A stretch of DNA of 64,000 bases from Sphaerodactylus townsendi (taxonomy: Eukaryota), in the NCBI RefSeq assembly GCF_021028975.2, contig NC_059426.1, forward strand, positions 120,094,001 to 120,158,000, written 5' to 3'. A model generated the notes under the pieces. The model saw only the letters and a program-made list of their open reading frames with translations. It did no database searches and was not told where the DNA came from. Of the stretch, positions 13,070-25,589 are shown piece by piece (the stretch's first letter is position 1; each line of letters begins with the position of its first letter). The position numbers and the translations under genes were made by a program.

Positions 13070-13420
13070 ATACAGAAGAAGAGCCCTGCTAAATCAGTGG
13101 TATATCTAGTCCAGCATCCAGCATCCTGTTACACACAGTGGCATAGAGGCCAGGGTGTTCCCCTGATGTTGCCTCCTGGCACTGGTAGTCAGAGGTGTAC
13201 TGCCTCCTGGCACTGGTAGTCAGAGGTGACTGTGGAGGTTCCTTTTAGTCATCATAGCTGGTAGCCACTGACAGACCTGTCCTCAATTAATCTTTCTAAC
13301 CCCCTTTTAAAACTGTTTGTACCTATGACCAACACTATATCCTCTGCCAGCAAATTCCACATTTTAATCATTTGTTGTCTAAAGAAGTGTTTCCTATAGT
13401 ACAATCCCAATAGTACTCCC
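13070..13420 (-). mobile_element. CR1 LINE 3' fragment
   Basis: Encodes KHFFRQQMIKMWNLLAEDIV...SFKRGLERLIEDRSVSGY, homologous to the C-terminus of the CR1 at 25590-26099; contains a 31-bp tandem duplication. Confidence 0.85.
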
Positions 13421-13536
13421 AAATCTGACACCTGCACCCTCTCTAATGATAACAGTTATACCATTTACTAACAGCAAAGTAACAGTATTATTTTAACTGG
13501 ATCTAGAAGTTAAGAACATGTGGCTTCCATCAAAAC

Positions 13537-14280
13537 ATATAAGTTGAAGCACCTAATTTTACCACAAAAAACTGGGAAAACTTATTGACTCGCGTATAAG
13601 TCGAGGGTGGGAAATGCAGCAGCTACTGTTAAATTTCAAAAATAAAGATACCAATAAAATTACATTAATTGAGGCATCAGTAGGTTAAATGTTTTTGAAT
13701 ATTTATTTCAAAGAAAAACTGTAAGTGGAAAAGAGGGTCAATAAAAACAATATGGTCTCAACAATAACTTTAAAAGTACAAAAACCTTAGCTCAACCACC
13801 AACCAAGCTAAAACACAAGAGTTAAAATCCTTCAAAACTGGATTTTTGGTTAGGGGAGGAATGTTTATGTTAGCAGTACCAACATTTCAGAGTATCTTTA
13901 GGAGACCGTCCTGATGATACCACCCAGGTTTGGTGAAGTTTGGTTCAGAGGGTCCAAAGTTATGGACCCTCAAAATGTAGCCCCATCTACTATTAGCTTC
14001 CATTGGAAACAATGGGGGGTGGGAGCTGGCCTGTAGGGAGGCAGGAGGGGCAGGGTGCCCTGTTGCTGCGGTGCCCATCTGAGCCGCCTCCGAGCCTTGT
14101 CCCTGAGAGCCTGGGGAGGGAAGGAGGCAGCTTGATGGGCACCACATACCGCCCACGGGCACAGGGGGTCAAATGACCCCTGGGTCACCACAAGGAGGAG
14201 GGGGTTAGAGGCAATTTTGTGCCCCTCCTGCCAGTGCATTTGAAACCCCCCCCCCATTCCCATGGGCAGTACACCCCTGC
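13537..14280. mobile_element. Truncated/chimeric second copy of the Tc2/pogo-type element, joined to a GC-rich hAT-like end
   Basis: 13537-13840 aligns by eye to 10519-10850; 13900-14020 matches the internal module at 11060-11180; ends ...gcagtacacccctg. Confidence 0.65.
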
Positions 14281-15772
14281 TGACAATATTTGATTCTACT
14301 TTGTTTCTTACTTTTATATTCCAGTTCCCTATGATTATCAACATATCTTGTTTATGATTATGATCTATTACTTCCTGGTTGCTTGCATAAAAGTTTTCGG
14401 GTTTTTTCTCTTCAGCATCTGTAGTTGGGGAATAAACATGAATGATGATTATGTTAATAGGTTTACCATGAGATATAACTGGTATTATTTTGTCAGATTT
14501 TGCATTGTAGCCCCCTGATTTCTTATGCTACATCTTGTGTCACTGCAAGACTCCAGTTCATCTGTGTTCATAATTTTCATAAGCATCTTCTGTGATGCTT
14601 GAACACAGTTGTTTCCTGGATCTTCTTCCCGTTTGAATAGTTGTTCCTCAGACAACTGAGAACTGTACGGTGAACATGAGTACAATATGATTCTATTTTT
14701 GGCTATTTGATTATGTCACTCTGAATGTAGTGACATTCAGAGCAGCTCAAGAGAAATTTCCTAAAAGCATGCTTTTTTTTGCAACTGCTCCAATGTTTTT
14801 TAAAAGGCATCTTTCTTTCAGTGTAGTCCTAACTGAAACACTTATTGGGGTTATTACTCCAATAATTCAGTCACAATGATTTGTAGTTTAGGAAATCATT
14901 TTGGTGTTGGGCTCAGAATGCAACTGAAATGCTTTTTATTCCAGTAATAAAAAGCTCAAGCAAACCCAGACACCATAATTTTTCTTTGGGGTTACCCTGA
15001 ACCTGGCCCTTTCCATCTGTTTATGCCAAGCAGAATTGGGCTGTCTTTTGAACAGAACGGTTGAGTGCCTTTCCCCATCAGTCACTAAAGAACCTGTAGG
15101 GAACAGAATTTGGAGGCTTCATGAGTTTAAGAGAGTAGGTTAGTACAGTCCAAGAGTAGGTTAGGTTAGTAGGTTAGTACAGCAGCTCTGACTGAAGGGT
15201 GATTTCTCCTAGCTCACAGTAGAAACTCCAGTCACCCAAAGGCTTGCTTCTTCATCAGCAGCCAACTGGTGCTATTGTTGGCCTGCTATCAGGTCATAGC
15301 AAAAATAAAATAATTTGATCTGCCTTTTTCAAGATGGCCGCTGCTTTGCTATGGTGAACAAGTTGTCATTCACCTCCGTCTTTCATCTGCCCAGTTTGTG
15401 TTCCTAGTTCAAGCACACTAATTTTATTAATTATTATTAATTTTCATGTATGTAGGAGGGTTTGTTTTTTCACTGTGTCTCTTCTATATCCAAAACTTCC
15501 TTTTTTCTAAACAGCTGCTGTTTCCTTTAAAAAAAAAAAGAATACTAGGCCTTTATTTGATAACTAAAAAAGAAATCTTCCATTTGCTGTGTGTTTGACA
15601 GATGAGGGCACACATCAATTGAATAATCCTTGCCAAGGAACACACCACTGTCCTATACTAGTACATATATAATGTTACTTGTTTTTTTAGTTCAGTTCTT
15701 TAAAGATAATTGGAGGGTTCAGTAATTTCTGGAATCATTTTCAATAGCATTTAGCAGAGGCAATGCCTGTAT

Positions 15773-16269
15773 GGCCGCTTCTGTACGGACATGCTGGGGT
15801 GTGTGTCGGCGTATATGACGCCAACACCCGCCCGGGACCGTTCGCACGGTAAAGGCAGGGAAGTAGGCCGTCGCCCGATCAACGTATGTTCCTTGCGACC
15901 TTCCAGCGCATCGCACAGGCCAGGGGACACGCCCCCCTGCCCTGCGCGAGAGCTTTGGAGTCGCAGGGCAGGGGGGCGTGTCCCCAGGCCCGGGCGACGC
16001 ACCAGAAGGTCGCAGAGAAGATACGTTGATCGGGAAAGGGGGGAATGGCGCCTTCCAGCCGCTGCCATTTGCACGGTAGTGGCTGGAAGCCGCTGTTTTA
16101 AAAAAACCTTGCTCAGGAAGCGAGGTGGGAAAATGGTGGCTTCGCGCCCTGGGGGGGGAGCGAGGGCGACATGGCTGCGATGCAGCTGTGCCCCCCATGC
16201 GAACAGCTCCCTGGGGACAGCGTTTTTGCCATCCCTAGGGCGCTGTAAATGGCCCGTGCGGAAAGGGCC
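15773..16269. mobile_element. Palindromic Harbinger-like MITE
   Basis: Imperfect TIRs GGCCGCTTCTGTACGGAC / GCCCGTGCGGAAAGGGCC; flanks TAT and TAA; internal arms cccgatcaacgtat..atacgttgatcggg and ggggacacgccccctgccctgcg..cgcagggcaggggggcgtgtcccc. Confidence 0.75.
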
Positions 16270-18057
16270 TAAGTAAGGACATTGCTGCATGTTACACTGA
16301 CCTCCTCTTTGGTAGATGACCCAAAGACATTGTGTCAGATGTGTGATGGGAGTTTTGAGCCTCCATTTTCAGCTTGTGAATGTGCTGCTTAGGTAAAAGA
16401 GGCTTCAACCTTGTCTGCTGCCATCTTTATGTCTTCAGAGCACCCTGTGGAGCTGCTGTTGGTTCTGTTCAAAAAATATCCAGACTTTGTATGTACCATG
16501 AAGCAAAGCTCTTTAAGAGACTTAAAAAAAGATTTGTCACTGAAAGGAGTTCAAACCATGGTGCTGGAGTATCAAAAGTATAAATATTTTTTAGGGAAAC
16601 TGGAGGATGTGTAGCTCGCAAAACTAGTAGCCACAGATCTGTCTGCACCAATATACAGTTGGTTCATAGACAACCACAAGTATTTCAAGTTTTTCTCAGG
16701 TATTTTCTTGGTCAGAATTGAGAGAGCATGGCCATGATATGAGAATGCTATTTCCCCCCCTTGTTGAAAACACACTTGGCTCACTTTAATTCCAAGGCAG
16801 TCTGTGATTCTTGATGCCTAGTTGTAGAAAAGAATGGGCATTCCTTTTTATGCCCCAAAATACAACAACTTGGATTTTTGTAATTCTAAAATGCAGATCA
16901 CCCAAACAGCAAATCAGGTAGTAACCTGTGTCAAACTACAGGTGGGATATCACTTGATTGCATGCTTCCTCATACAAAAATGTTACAGAAGCTTTGTAGA
17001 ATTAGACGTAGATATTCTTGGAATGCCTTTCTTTTCCATTAGAGCATTTTTGTTTTCTTCATCCTCATTTTGCTTGTTTCATCAAATGGAAAAATAGAGC
17101 AGATCATAGGAGGGATTATTTGGCTGTCTTTCCTTATGTCTGAGCAAATGAATTACTCTCCTCACCTTGACAGCAAAGGTATAAATAGCTGTCAGGCAGT
17201 GTGCTTGAGTAATTTGACAGCTTGTGATGTAACTGATTTGTGAGTATGCCCATAGGCCTCCTAATGAATGGCTCCTGTGTCTGGGCACAGTGCACAAACA
17301 GTCACCATTTTTTTAAAAAAAAGTTGTGAAACCTGTCAAGAAGGTGAAGTCAGCTGAGGCCTCAGTTTTCCAGATTCTTCTGATTCTTATGATTACCTCC
17401 CGTCTCTTCAGTCCCAGTCGAGTTCCTGTATAGTTACACAATTTTGCACACATGGCTTTTAAAGCTCTTTAAACATCACCTGTGTAGATTTCTCTGCTGC
17501 AATTTAAGCAAAACTAAGCCCCAAGAAGGGCTGAAATGTGTAGGGTATTGTTTCAGACACTGCATTTGGTAACCCTTTTCTGCATCAGTATAGCACCTGT
17601 GTGTCAAAAAAGGTTCTGGGTCCCATTCAAGGATCCGTTCATACAAAGCATCAGTCAAGACTGTTGAATTTTGTTGTTACCAAAGGCAAGCTAATTCATT
17701 CTGGAATATGCTCCAGTTTTCCCCTGTGACTGTGCAATGCTGGGAAGGATCAGTAATGGTGGAAAAGCTGAAGTAAACTTGTCTTCCATTAGTGATCTTC
17801 TCACTGAGGACTCACTGATGATCTTCAAAGGAACTCCAGGGTGTATGTGTTCAGGATATCAGACTAGTATTTGGGAGCCTCAGGCAGCAATCCTGAGCAG
17901 ATCTATTCAGAAGTAAGCCTCATTATTCAGTGGGGCTTAATCCCCAAAAGGATTGCAGCCTCAGCTACAGTTCACTGAGTGACCTGCATGTCTGTTTCTT
18001 TCCCTAACCTTTCTCACAGAGTTGTTGTGGGCATAAAACACAGCCGGTGAAGACTAA

Positions 18058-18170
18058 GGCTCCTTTCGCACAGGCAGAATAATGCACTTTCGGTCCACTT
18101 GCAAAATCCATTTGGAAACAATTGTGAAAGTGGATTGAAAGTGCATTATTCTGCATGTGCGGAAGGAGCC
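18058..18170. mobile_element. Short Harbinger-like MITE
   Basis: TIRs GGCTCCTTTCGCACAGGCAGAATAATGCACTTTC / GAAAGTGCATTATTCTGCATGTGCGGAAGGAGCC; same family as 39847-39987; lies about 107 nt upstream of the exon at 18278. Confidence 0.8.
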
Positions 18171-18277
18171 TCAGTTTGTAAGACTCACTTCATTCTTCTC
18201 TTTCTGAATTGCCAATAAGTAGGACAAGAACCTGCCCATATGTCATGGCTGATAATCTACCTTCTTTTCTTTTCCAG

Positions 18278-18470
18278 AGAAAATTAATTCTTGTGATCAA
18301 GAGAGGCAAAGTGCCTTGGAAGAGGCCAGACAGAACCCACGTGAAGGGATTGTCATACCTGAATGTGCTCCTGGAGGGTTGTACAAGCCAGTGCAATGCC
18401 ATCAGTCCACAGGATATTGCTGGTGTGTTCTGGTAGATACAGGTCGTCCCTTACCTGGCACATCCACAAG
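18278..18470 (+). CDS. SMOC1: SMOC1 coding exon, second thyroglobulin type-1 domain (approx. exon 8)
   Basis: Acceptor ttcttttcttttccag|, donor |gtaaga; 193 nt. Translates EKINSCDQERQSALEEARQNPREGIVIPECAPGGLYKPVQCHQSTGYCWCVLVDTGRPLPGTSTR, with the QC...CWCV motif. Confidence 0.98.
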
Positions 18471-19104
18471 GTAAGAAAAACTTTCTTTGATTTGCCCAAG
18501 TATGAAGTGAAAAAGAGGTTGTTTAAAAGTTCAGAACTGCTATATGTACCTGCTCTGTTCTCCCAGTCTAGTTTCAGAGTATCTTCCTGTTAGTGAACAG
18601 TATAAGTGCAGAGACAATATACTGTCATTTTTCCCAGAGAGGAGAAATAGACATTGTTGGGGTTTTTTTAATCCCTATGTTATATATTAAATGCAAATAG
18701 CATTAAGTTCTAAATTTGCCTGTGTCTAAACACTGATGGTATTACACAGTTTAAAGAACTCAATATGTACTTTCTGCCCAATTTAAGTTCTAATATAATT
18801 GGCTTAATACTAATTGTTTAAGCCTGGGCAGCTGACCGTTTTTAAGTATGAACATTTTAAGGAATTATACATATGAACTCTTCCCTTAGTTCTTAAGTGA
18901 ATGATTGTACTTGGCAAAACATCTCTGAGTTTCCTTCTGTCTCTTGACTTAGGGTGGGATATCTTGTTCCATCTGCTGTGGCTATGATTTTAAAGAGAGG
19001 CTGGTGTGGGTGGGGAAAGGAACGTAGACTGATGTTAAATCATTTCCCCTTGCTTTACAAACATCATGACTCCCAAGTTGTTTTAGTTGTGCTGGTGGAA
19101 AGCA

Positions 19105-20330
19105 ATTTTTTCAAATAATAGTTTTTATTGAAAGTTTATATTATTGCATCCATACACAACATAGTTTAGAAAATGTAATTAAAGAAATAGAAGAAAAGAA
19201 AAAAAACAAAAATAAAATAGTGAATATTTAACAATAATAATCGATTAAAATATACACGTTGGAAGGTTAGAGTGTGTAAATACACCCTATCCATCTGCAA
19301 CATTCTACCTCTTGTCATATGTCAAACTAGTGAGTTATAATGAATATTATATCATCCTATTTGTTAGCTTAACAATACAGAAACAGGTAAAGCAGTGAAA
19401 AGGTTGAGAGACGTAATATTCCAACAGGAGATTCTTTTGTAAATTTAACAAGTACATCTTTTCTTTGATTTGTTACATTTATCGGTTAAGATATTCTAAA
19501 TACGATTTCCAAACCATTTCAAATTTTTCTGGTATTTCTTAGTCTTTAAGTCAGTCTATTGAGTTCCATCGCTTCATGTAATTTATCTTCCCACTGAGAT
19601 AAAGTCAGTCTTTCTTTCTTTTTCCAGTACTTCGCAATTTGGATTCTAGCTGTTGTTGTCACGTAAAGGAACAAGTTTTCATTTTGTTTAATTAGTTTGT
19701 TTTCTATCAGCCTCAACAAGAGAACCTCTGGTTTTAATGGGATCTTTGTTTTCAATATCTGGTTCATTACATCCACAATTTTCTCCCAAAAGAACTTTAT
19801 CTTAGCACTCGTCCACCACATGTGGATAAATGTACCCCTATCTTTTCTGCATTTCCAACAACTGTAATCTGATTTTTTATCTATTTTTGCTAACCGAACT
19901 GATGTTAGGTACCATCTATTGAATAGTTTAACAAAATTTTCCTTTAAATTCATCAATAATGCAAATCTACTGTTCTTTTTCTAAATATTAATTACTCCAT
20001 TCTTTTAATGTGATTTTTTTGCTATATCTTCTGCCCATTTGATCATCCCTTTCTTGACCACTTCTTGTTCTGTTCTTAGTTTCAAAAGTAATTATATATT
20101 TTGCTAATCAATTTTTTATTATTTTTTATTATTTCATCAAATTAATTTAATTTACTTTGGAAGTCAAATTGTTTTAGATTTTTTTTTAAGACTTCTTTCA
20201 ATTGTTGGTGGGTAAACCATTGGCACTGGTTACCATTGTTTAATATTTCTTCTCTACTTTTAAGTTCGTATCCTTCTGGTGAATTCTTTAAAATTTCTGC
20301 ATATGTATGCCAATTCCATTTTGAATTACA
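19105..20330 (-). mobile_element. L1-clade LINE, 5'-truncated (ORF2 C-terminus plus 3' UTR)
   Basis: ORF 19546-19956 has the zinc-knuckle remnant CWKCRKDRGTFIHMWWT; T-rich/tttatt tail at the left end. Confidence 0.85.
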
Positions 20331-20334
20331 TTCA

Positions 20335-23300
20335 TTTATTTATTTATTTTTTTAATAGTTTTATTATATAACATACATTACATAGAATAAGAAACAATAG
20401 GAAACAATATACAGTTGTTAGTGAAATAAACATAGTTGTGTATCCTTGACCAATTCACCAACATACCTACATTGCTCTGTTTACTTTAATATTAATAAAA
20501 TTAAAATTAACTCTTCCTAAGGTTTCCCTTTCAGAAATACACTAGTTTTATATCTGGCTTCCCCATCGAGTTGTTGGATCTGGAAAATTAAAAAAAGAAA
20601 ACATCATATATCAAACAAGCATCAATCTACAAATCTATAATACTCCTCTAATAGTTTATCTTCTATTATCTCATAATATACATTTATGTTCAAGTTTTTA
20701 TCTACATATATACATTAATTTTCTGTTAACATAATATTACTAAAAATTGAATTTTTACTTCCCTTTTCTCAAAAATAATAAATATACTTCTCCAAGTAGT
20801 CTGGAATTTATTCCATTGTGTATGTATTTTAACAATAACCGAAAATTTATCCAGTTCCATATACTCAGACAATGTCATCAACCAGTCTTCAATTGTCAAT
20901 AATTGTATACTTTTCCAGTTTTTAGCAATTTTGATTCTAGCTGCAGTGGTCATATAGCAGAAGAGTTCTAAATACTGTTTAGGGATTTTTTTCAATCCTA
21001 TCCCTAAAAGATATAATTCCGGGGTAAACTCCATTGATATGTCAAGTATCTGGGTTACCTTACTGTGTATCCCTTTCCAAAAATCTTTTATCTGGGGACA
21101 TGTCCACCACATGTGCAGCATTGTCCCCTTTTCCTTATGACAACGCCAGCATTTTAGATTAGCGTCCTTAGTTATATATGCCATATTATATATAGTTATA
21201 TATGCCATATTACATTCATTTATTTTTAATGCCTCTGCCCTGGACTGCCAATTGGGAATATGAGTATACAAAATTCACTTATATTTTGTCCAGATTTTCA
21301 TTAAGGGATTTCTTATTTTGTAATCTTAAAATATTTTTCTATTTTTGCCTTCGTCATTGGCCAAAGGTAATCGTGCCAACCCTTGGGTAAATCATAACCT
21401 TCAAGGAGGAGTAATTTGCGGTTTTAAAGTGAAATCCACTCAAGTACTTAAGTCAAAATATTTGTTTCATAGTATAGCTGAATATCAGATACTCTTAGCC
21501 CTCTTTCTTTTTCATCGATCATGTTTATATATCCTATTCTCACCCTTTTTCCTTTCAAAATGTATTTGGTAAGTATTTTTTTCCAATTCTCTGGTACATT
21601 TTGAAAGAGGTACATTAATTTTGGCATAATATTTTGTTTAATAATGGCAATCCTTCCCAGGAATGATAACTGTATTTTTTTCAATTTTTCCATATTATAG
21701 TTAATTTTGTTTCATATTTTATTATAATTATTTTCAAATAAAGTGTAATTTTTCTCTCCTACAATGATCCCTAGATATTTAATTTTCTTCTCCACTTGAA
21801 ATCCTTAAATCTCTTGCAATTTTTCTTTTTCTTTCTGTAATAATTTTTGTTAATATTTTAGTTTTTCCTTCATTAATTTTGAGGCCTGACACTTTGCCAA
21901 ATTCCATTAATTTGTTCTTCATTTCACTGATGTTCAATGGGTCTTCTACAAAGAGCACAATATCATCAGGAAATGTTTTGTATCTGTAACTGAAATTTTT
22001 AATTTTGATGTCATTCCAAAGATTGTCTTTTAATTTTAATTTTAATTCAAGTTTTAATTTTAATTTGAGATTTTTCAGTTCTTTTGTTAGCTTTGTCTCT
22101 TTAGCTCTATTTTTCTTTTGACTACTCTTTCTTGTTCATAAAATACCACTCTTATATAAGGTATCCCATATGATATTCTCATCTTGAATTGAACCATTAT
22201 TGAACTAAGTTCCCTTAGATTTGCTCCTGTTTAACCCATCAATTCTTTATTTTGAAAATCCAAGTTTTAATCATATAATGTTTAGGTTTATTTATCCTTC
22301 TTATTATATTCCAACAGATAGGATTATGATCTGATATATATCTTGGTAGGGAAGATATTTTCTGTGTTTGGGAAGTAAGTTGGCTTGAAGCCCATATCAT
22401 GTCTATTCTTGTGTGGCTGAAGAGTACTGCATAAAATCTTTTAAGTTGTTATGGTTCTCTGGCCATACTTTCTTTGGTTTCAATGCCTCCATTAAATCAA
22501 AAAAAGTTTTTGGCAATGTTCAACCTTTTACAGTTGCCATCCCTTTCCTGTCCAGTTGTTGACAGTTCCATTGAAGTCTCCCAAGATGATTATATTTTCA
22601 TTCATGTATTGTGTTGTTAGATTTAACAATTCTTTATAAAATTTGGCTTTCTTTTCATTTGGTGCGTAAATTACTAATGTTCTAACATCATTTACTGATA
22701 TTTCCACTCCTATTTACCTTCCACCTTTATCTTCAATAACCTGTTTTGGGTTTAATTTTCTTTGACATATAAAGCTACTTCTCTCTTTTTCTTATCAATG
22801 GAGGAGTGGAAAAGCTGTCCTAGTCTGTCCTATTTCAAAAGTTTATAATTTTTATTTCTTACATGGGTTTCCTGGATACATATTAGATCTAAATTTAACT
22901 ATTCCAAATATTTAATTGTTTTTCTTCTCTTGTTGGGGCTGTTTAGACCATTTACATTCATAGAAAGTAACTTATACATATTTATTAAATTGAAACATTT
23001 TAATGCAATGATTCAGTGAGAAAAAAATCTAAACCTTATATATACATCAGACATAACATCAAGTGGTGGGGGCAGGGGGTGGGTGAGAAAACAAATAAAT
23101 ATAATTATGACAAGCCTATTACAAATAATATAGTTTTTCTTTTATTATATAAATGTTTGTTGAATAGAACAGAAAAATAAGTATCAGCATTAGAGAAAGA
23201 ATATCTAAAATAGAATGAGAATAGGAAGAAAGAGAAGAGAAGAATAAGGATAGATGAAAGTCCATTGAAAACTAAGAAGTTAAAGAAGCAAATACAGCAC

Positions 23301-25025
23301 ACACACACACACAAGAAATTGTGTTAAGAAAAATTCAGTAGAATAGAGTAAAGAATGAAATGTAAAATCCTAGTATCCTAGTATAGAATATTAAATATTA
23401 AATATTTCTTATGAAATTAGTCTACCCAAAATAACTTACATTGGGCCCTCCATTATCTCTTCTTAATGCTGGCGATATCTTGAAGGAAATCCTGTGCTTG
23501 CATGACTGTATCAATTGTTATTCTTTTGCTGTTCCATATAAAGTTTACTCTTTTTATTAAGCCCCATCTGAAAATATTTTTTGTTCTCAACCAGTTGATC
23601 AATGGTGAGTAGTCCTTCCGTTTTCTAAGAAGATGGTATGGGATTTCCTTTAGTACTATCACCTCTTGTTCATTGATCTTAAGTCTTTTTTTGTGTGTGT
23701 TTCATTAGTATTTCATCTCTTTTTTTTCCTGGTAAAAGCTACTATTATGTCTCTTGGAGTTCCTTTGTCATTTGTGTGTCTCATATTGGGCCTTTGTATC
23801 CTATCAGTATCATAGTCTATTTGTTCTTCGCTTATCCCCAAGAATTCTGCTAGAACACTATCCATCTTCCCTTTGAAGTCTTTTTCCCCCTCGTCTTTGT
23901 AGCCTCTTATTCGTCTGATGTTCTCTTTTTGTCTTAACTCCAACAGGGCCATCTGGTCGGCTACTTGTTCCCTTTGGTTCTTCATTATTTCTACTTTACT
24001 GTCAGTTACTGTTGCACTGTTGTTGACATGAATCAATTCCTGTTTAATGTCGTTTATAGATCCTTCCAGCTTTTTTACATGGCTTAGGTCTTTTTTTATT
24101 TCCTGCATTTTTCTTTCCATAAGTTTGAATCTGGAATATTTTATTCAGCCTATCTGTCGTTTCTTCTTGTCAAGCTATTGACTTCCCAATCAGCAGTTCC
24201 AGTTTGTTGTTAGAGTCTCCAGACCTTTCAGGGTTTTTACTGTTGCCTCCATTCTTGGATCTTGTCACCATCATTTCTTTCCACAGTCAGCTGATTTCAT
24301 TACAGTCACCATAATTTTAGAGCTTTGCTTTTTGTAACTGGACCACTCCATCCTCATCTTCTGTTTATTGCTAGTTCCAGAAGCAAGTGTCACTTTCCTC
24401 CAGGTCAAATCTCGTTGTTTTCCTTCCATTGTTGTCTCTTCTAAATTAGCTCATTTGTTATTGTATCTCCTTCCGCTCTTCAAAGAACTCACAACGCTCC
24501 ATGTAGCCCTCGTATGTAACAGTAAAGGTTCTGCTTATCTCTTGGAGAGTTCTTGCTTCTTGTGGCTCGCATATATTGGGGCTTCAACTTCCGGTTGCCC
24601 CTTTTATTCTTTGTTTCCAACAACACGGCTGCAGCTTCAGTTCACTGTCACAGTATCAATATCTTTTTTCTTCTGGTGTATGTATTATTCTTTATTTCTT
24701 GATAAGCGTAACTTCCTTTTCATCTTTCCGGTTCCCTTCCTTCTTGTGCAGAAGGTTAGTGGCTTTGCACAGCTATTTTTGGATTCGCTCCACTGGGCCA
24801 AAAATGGTGCTTTCCCCTGCCTCTGGTCTCCCCAAGAGAATGCCAGCTAGGCTAGGCGCCCTTGGAAGAAATGAGACAAGGGTATGTGATGGATTAGTTC
24901 TGCCTTTGAGCTTCCCCACTTGGGCTTCATCTGGGGAGAGTTTTGGGGTTTGCATTGGTCCCAAAAATAAATTTTAATCTTCCCAGCTGACCACATCTCG
25001 ATTCGATGTGGCAGCTGTCTCGGAG
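20335..25025 (-). mobile_element. L1-clade LINE, degraded, with 5' UTR, ORF1, endonuclease, internally deleted RT and C-terminus
   Basis: ORF1 remnants 23453-24120 (coiled coil, TPRDIIVAF). Endonuclease remnant about 22200-22980 (NVNGL..P, IQETH, GDFN). RT motif KTFPDD near 21970. CWRC..GT.LHMWWTC in 20726-21271. (TTTA)n tail near 20335. Confidence 0.85.
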
Positions 25026-25589
25026 TCTCACTGGAGGTGTAGAAATCAAAATTTTGTTGGGAAAATGAAGAAAACTTAAAGGGTTACATAAATACTCTAT
25101 TTCTCTCCATATTGCTGCTCTTAAGATTTTCTTAGTTAATTGCTTAATTTAGCCCTATACAGCTGAGCAAAGAAATTCTGATTTACTTGTGTTTTTGAGA
25201 GAATTTGGAGAATTGTGGGGAACCCTAGAGGTCTTACAGAATGTCACAATCTGCCAATACATTGCTCAGTTCCAAACTGGACATATCCTTTTTAACATGT
25301 CACATGTGGGTTCCTGGACCTGATCCACTTCTCTGGAGCTAAATGGCTACTACAGGAAGTGTCATTTTAAAAGTCTATTTGGCTCAGGACCTCATAAGAA
25401 CATAAGAACATAAGAACAAGCCAGCTGGATCAGACCAAAGTCCATCTAGTCCAGCTCTCTGCTACTCGCAGTGGCCCACCAGGTGCCTTTGGGAGCTCAC
25501 ATGTAGGATGTGAACGCAATGGCCTTCTGCGGCTGTTGCTCCCGATCACCTGGTCTGTTAAGGCATTTGCAATCTCAGATCAAAGAGGA

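Noticed and set aside
15719-16290. Three 160-180 aa ORFs on both strands
   Set aside because: Products of a GC-rich palindromic MITE; the forward and reverse peptides mirror each other.
24368-24977. Plus-strand 133-160 aa ORFs as an antisense L1 ORF0-like gene
   Set aside because: Non-ATG starts, low-complexity hydrophobic translation of the T-rich antisense strand of a decayed L1; no supporting signal.
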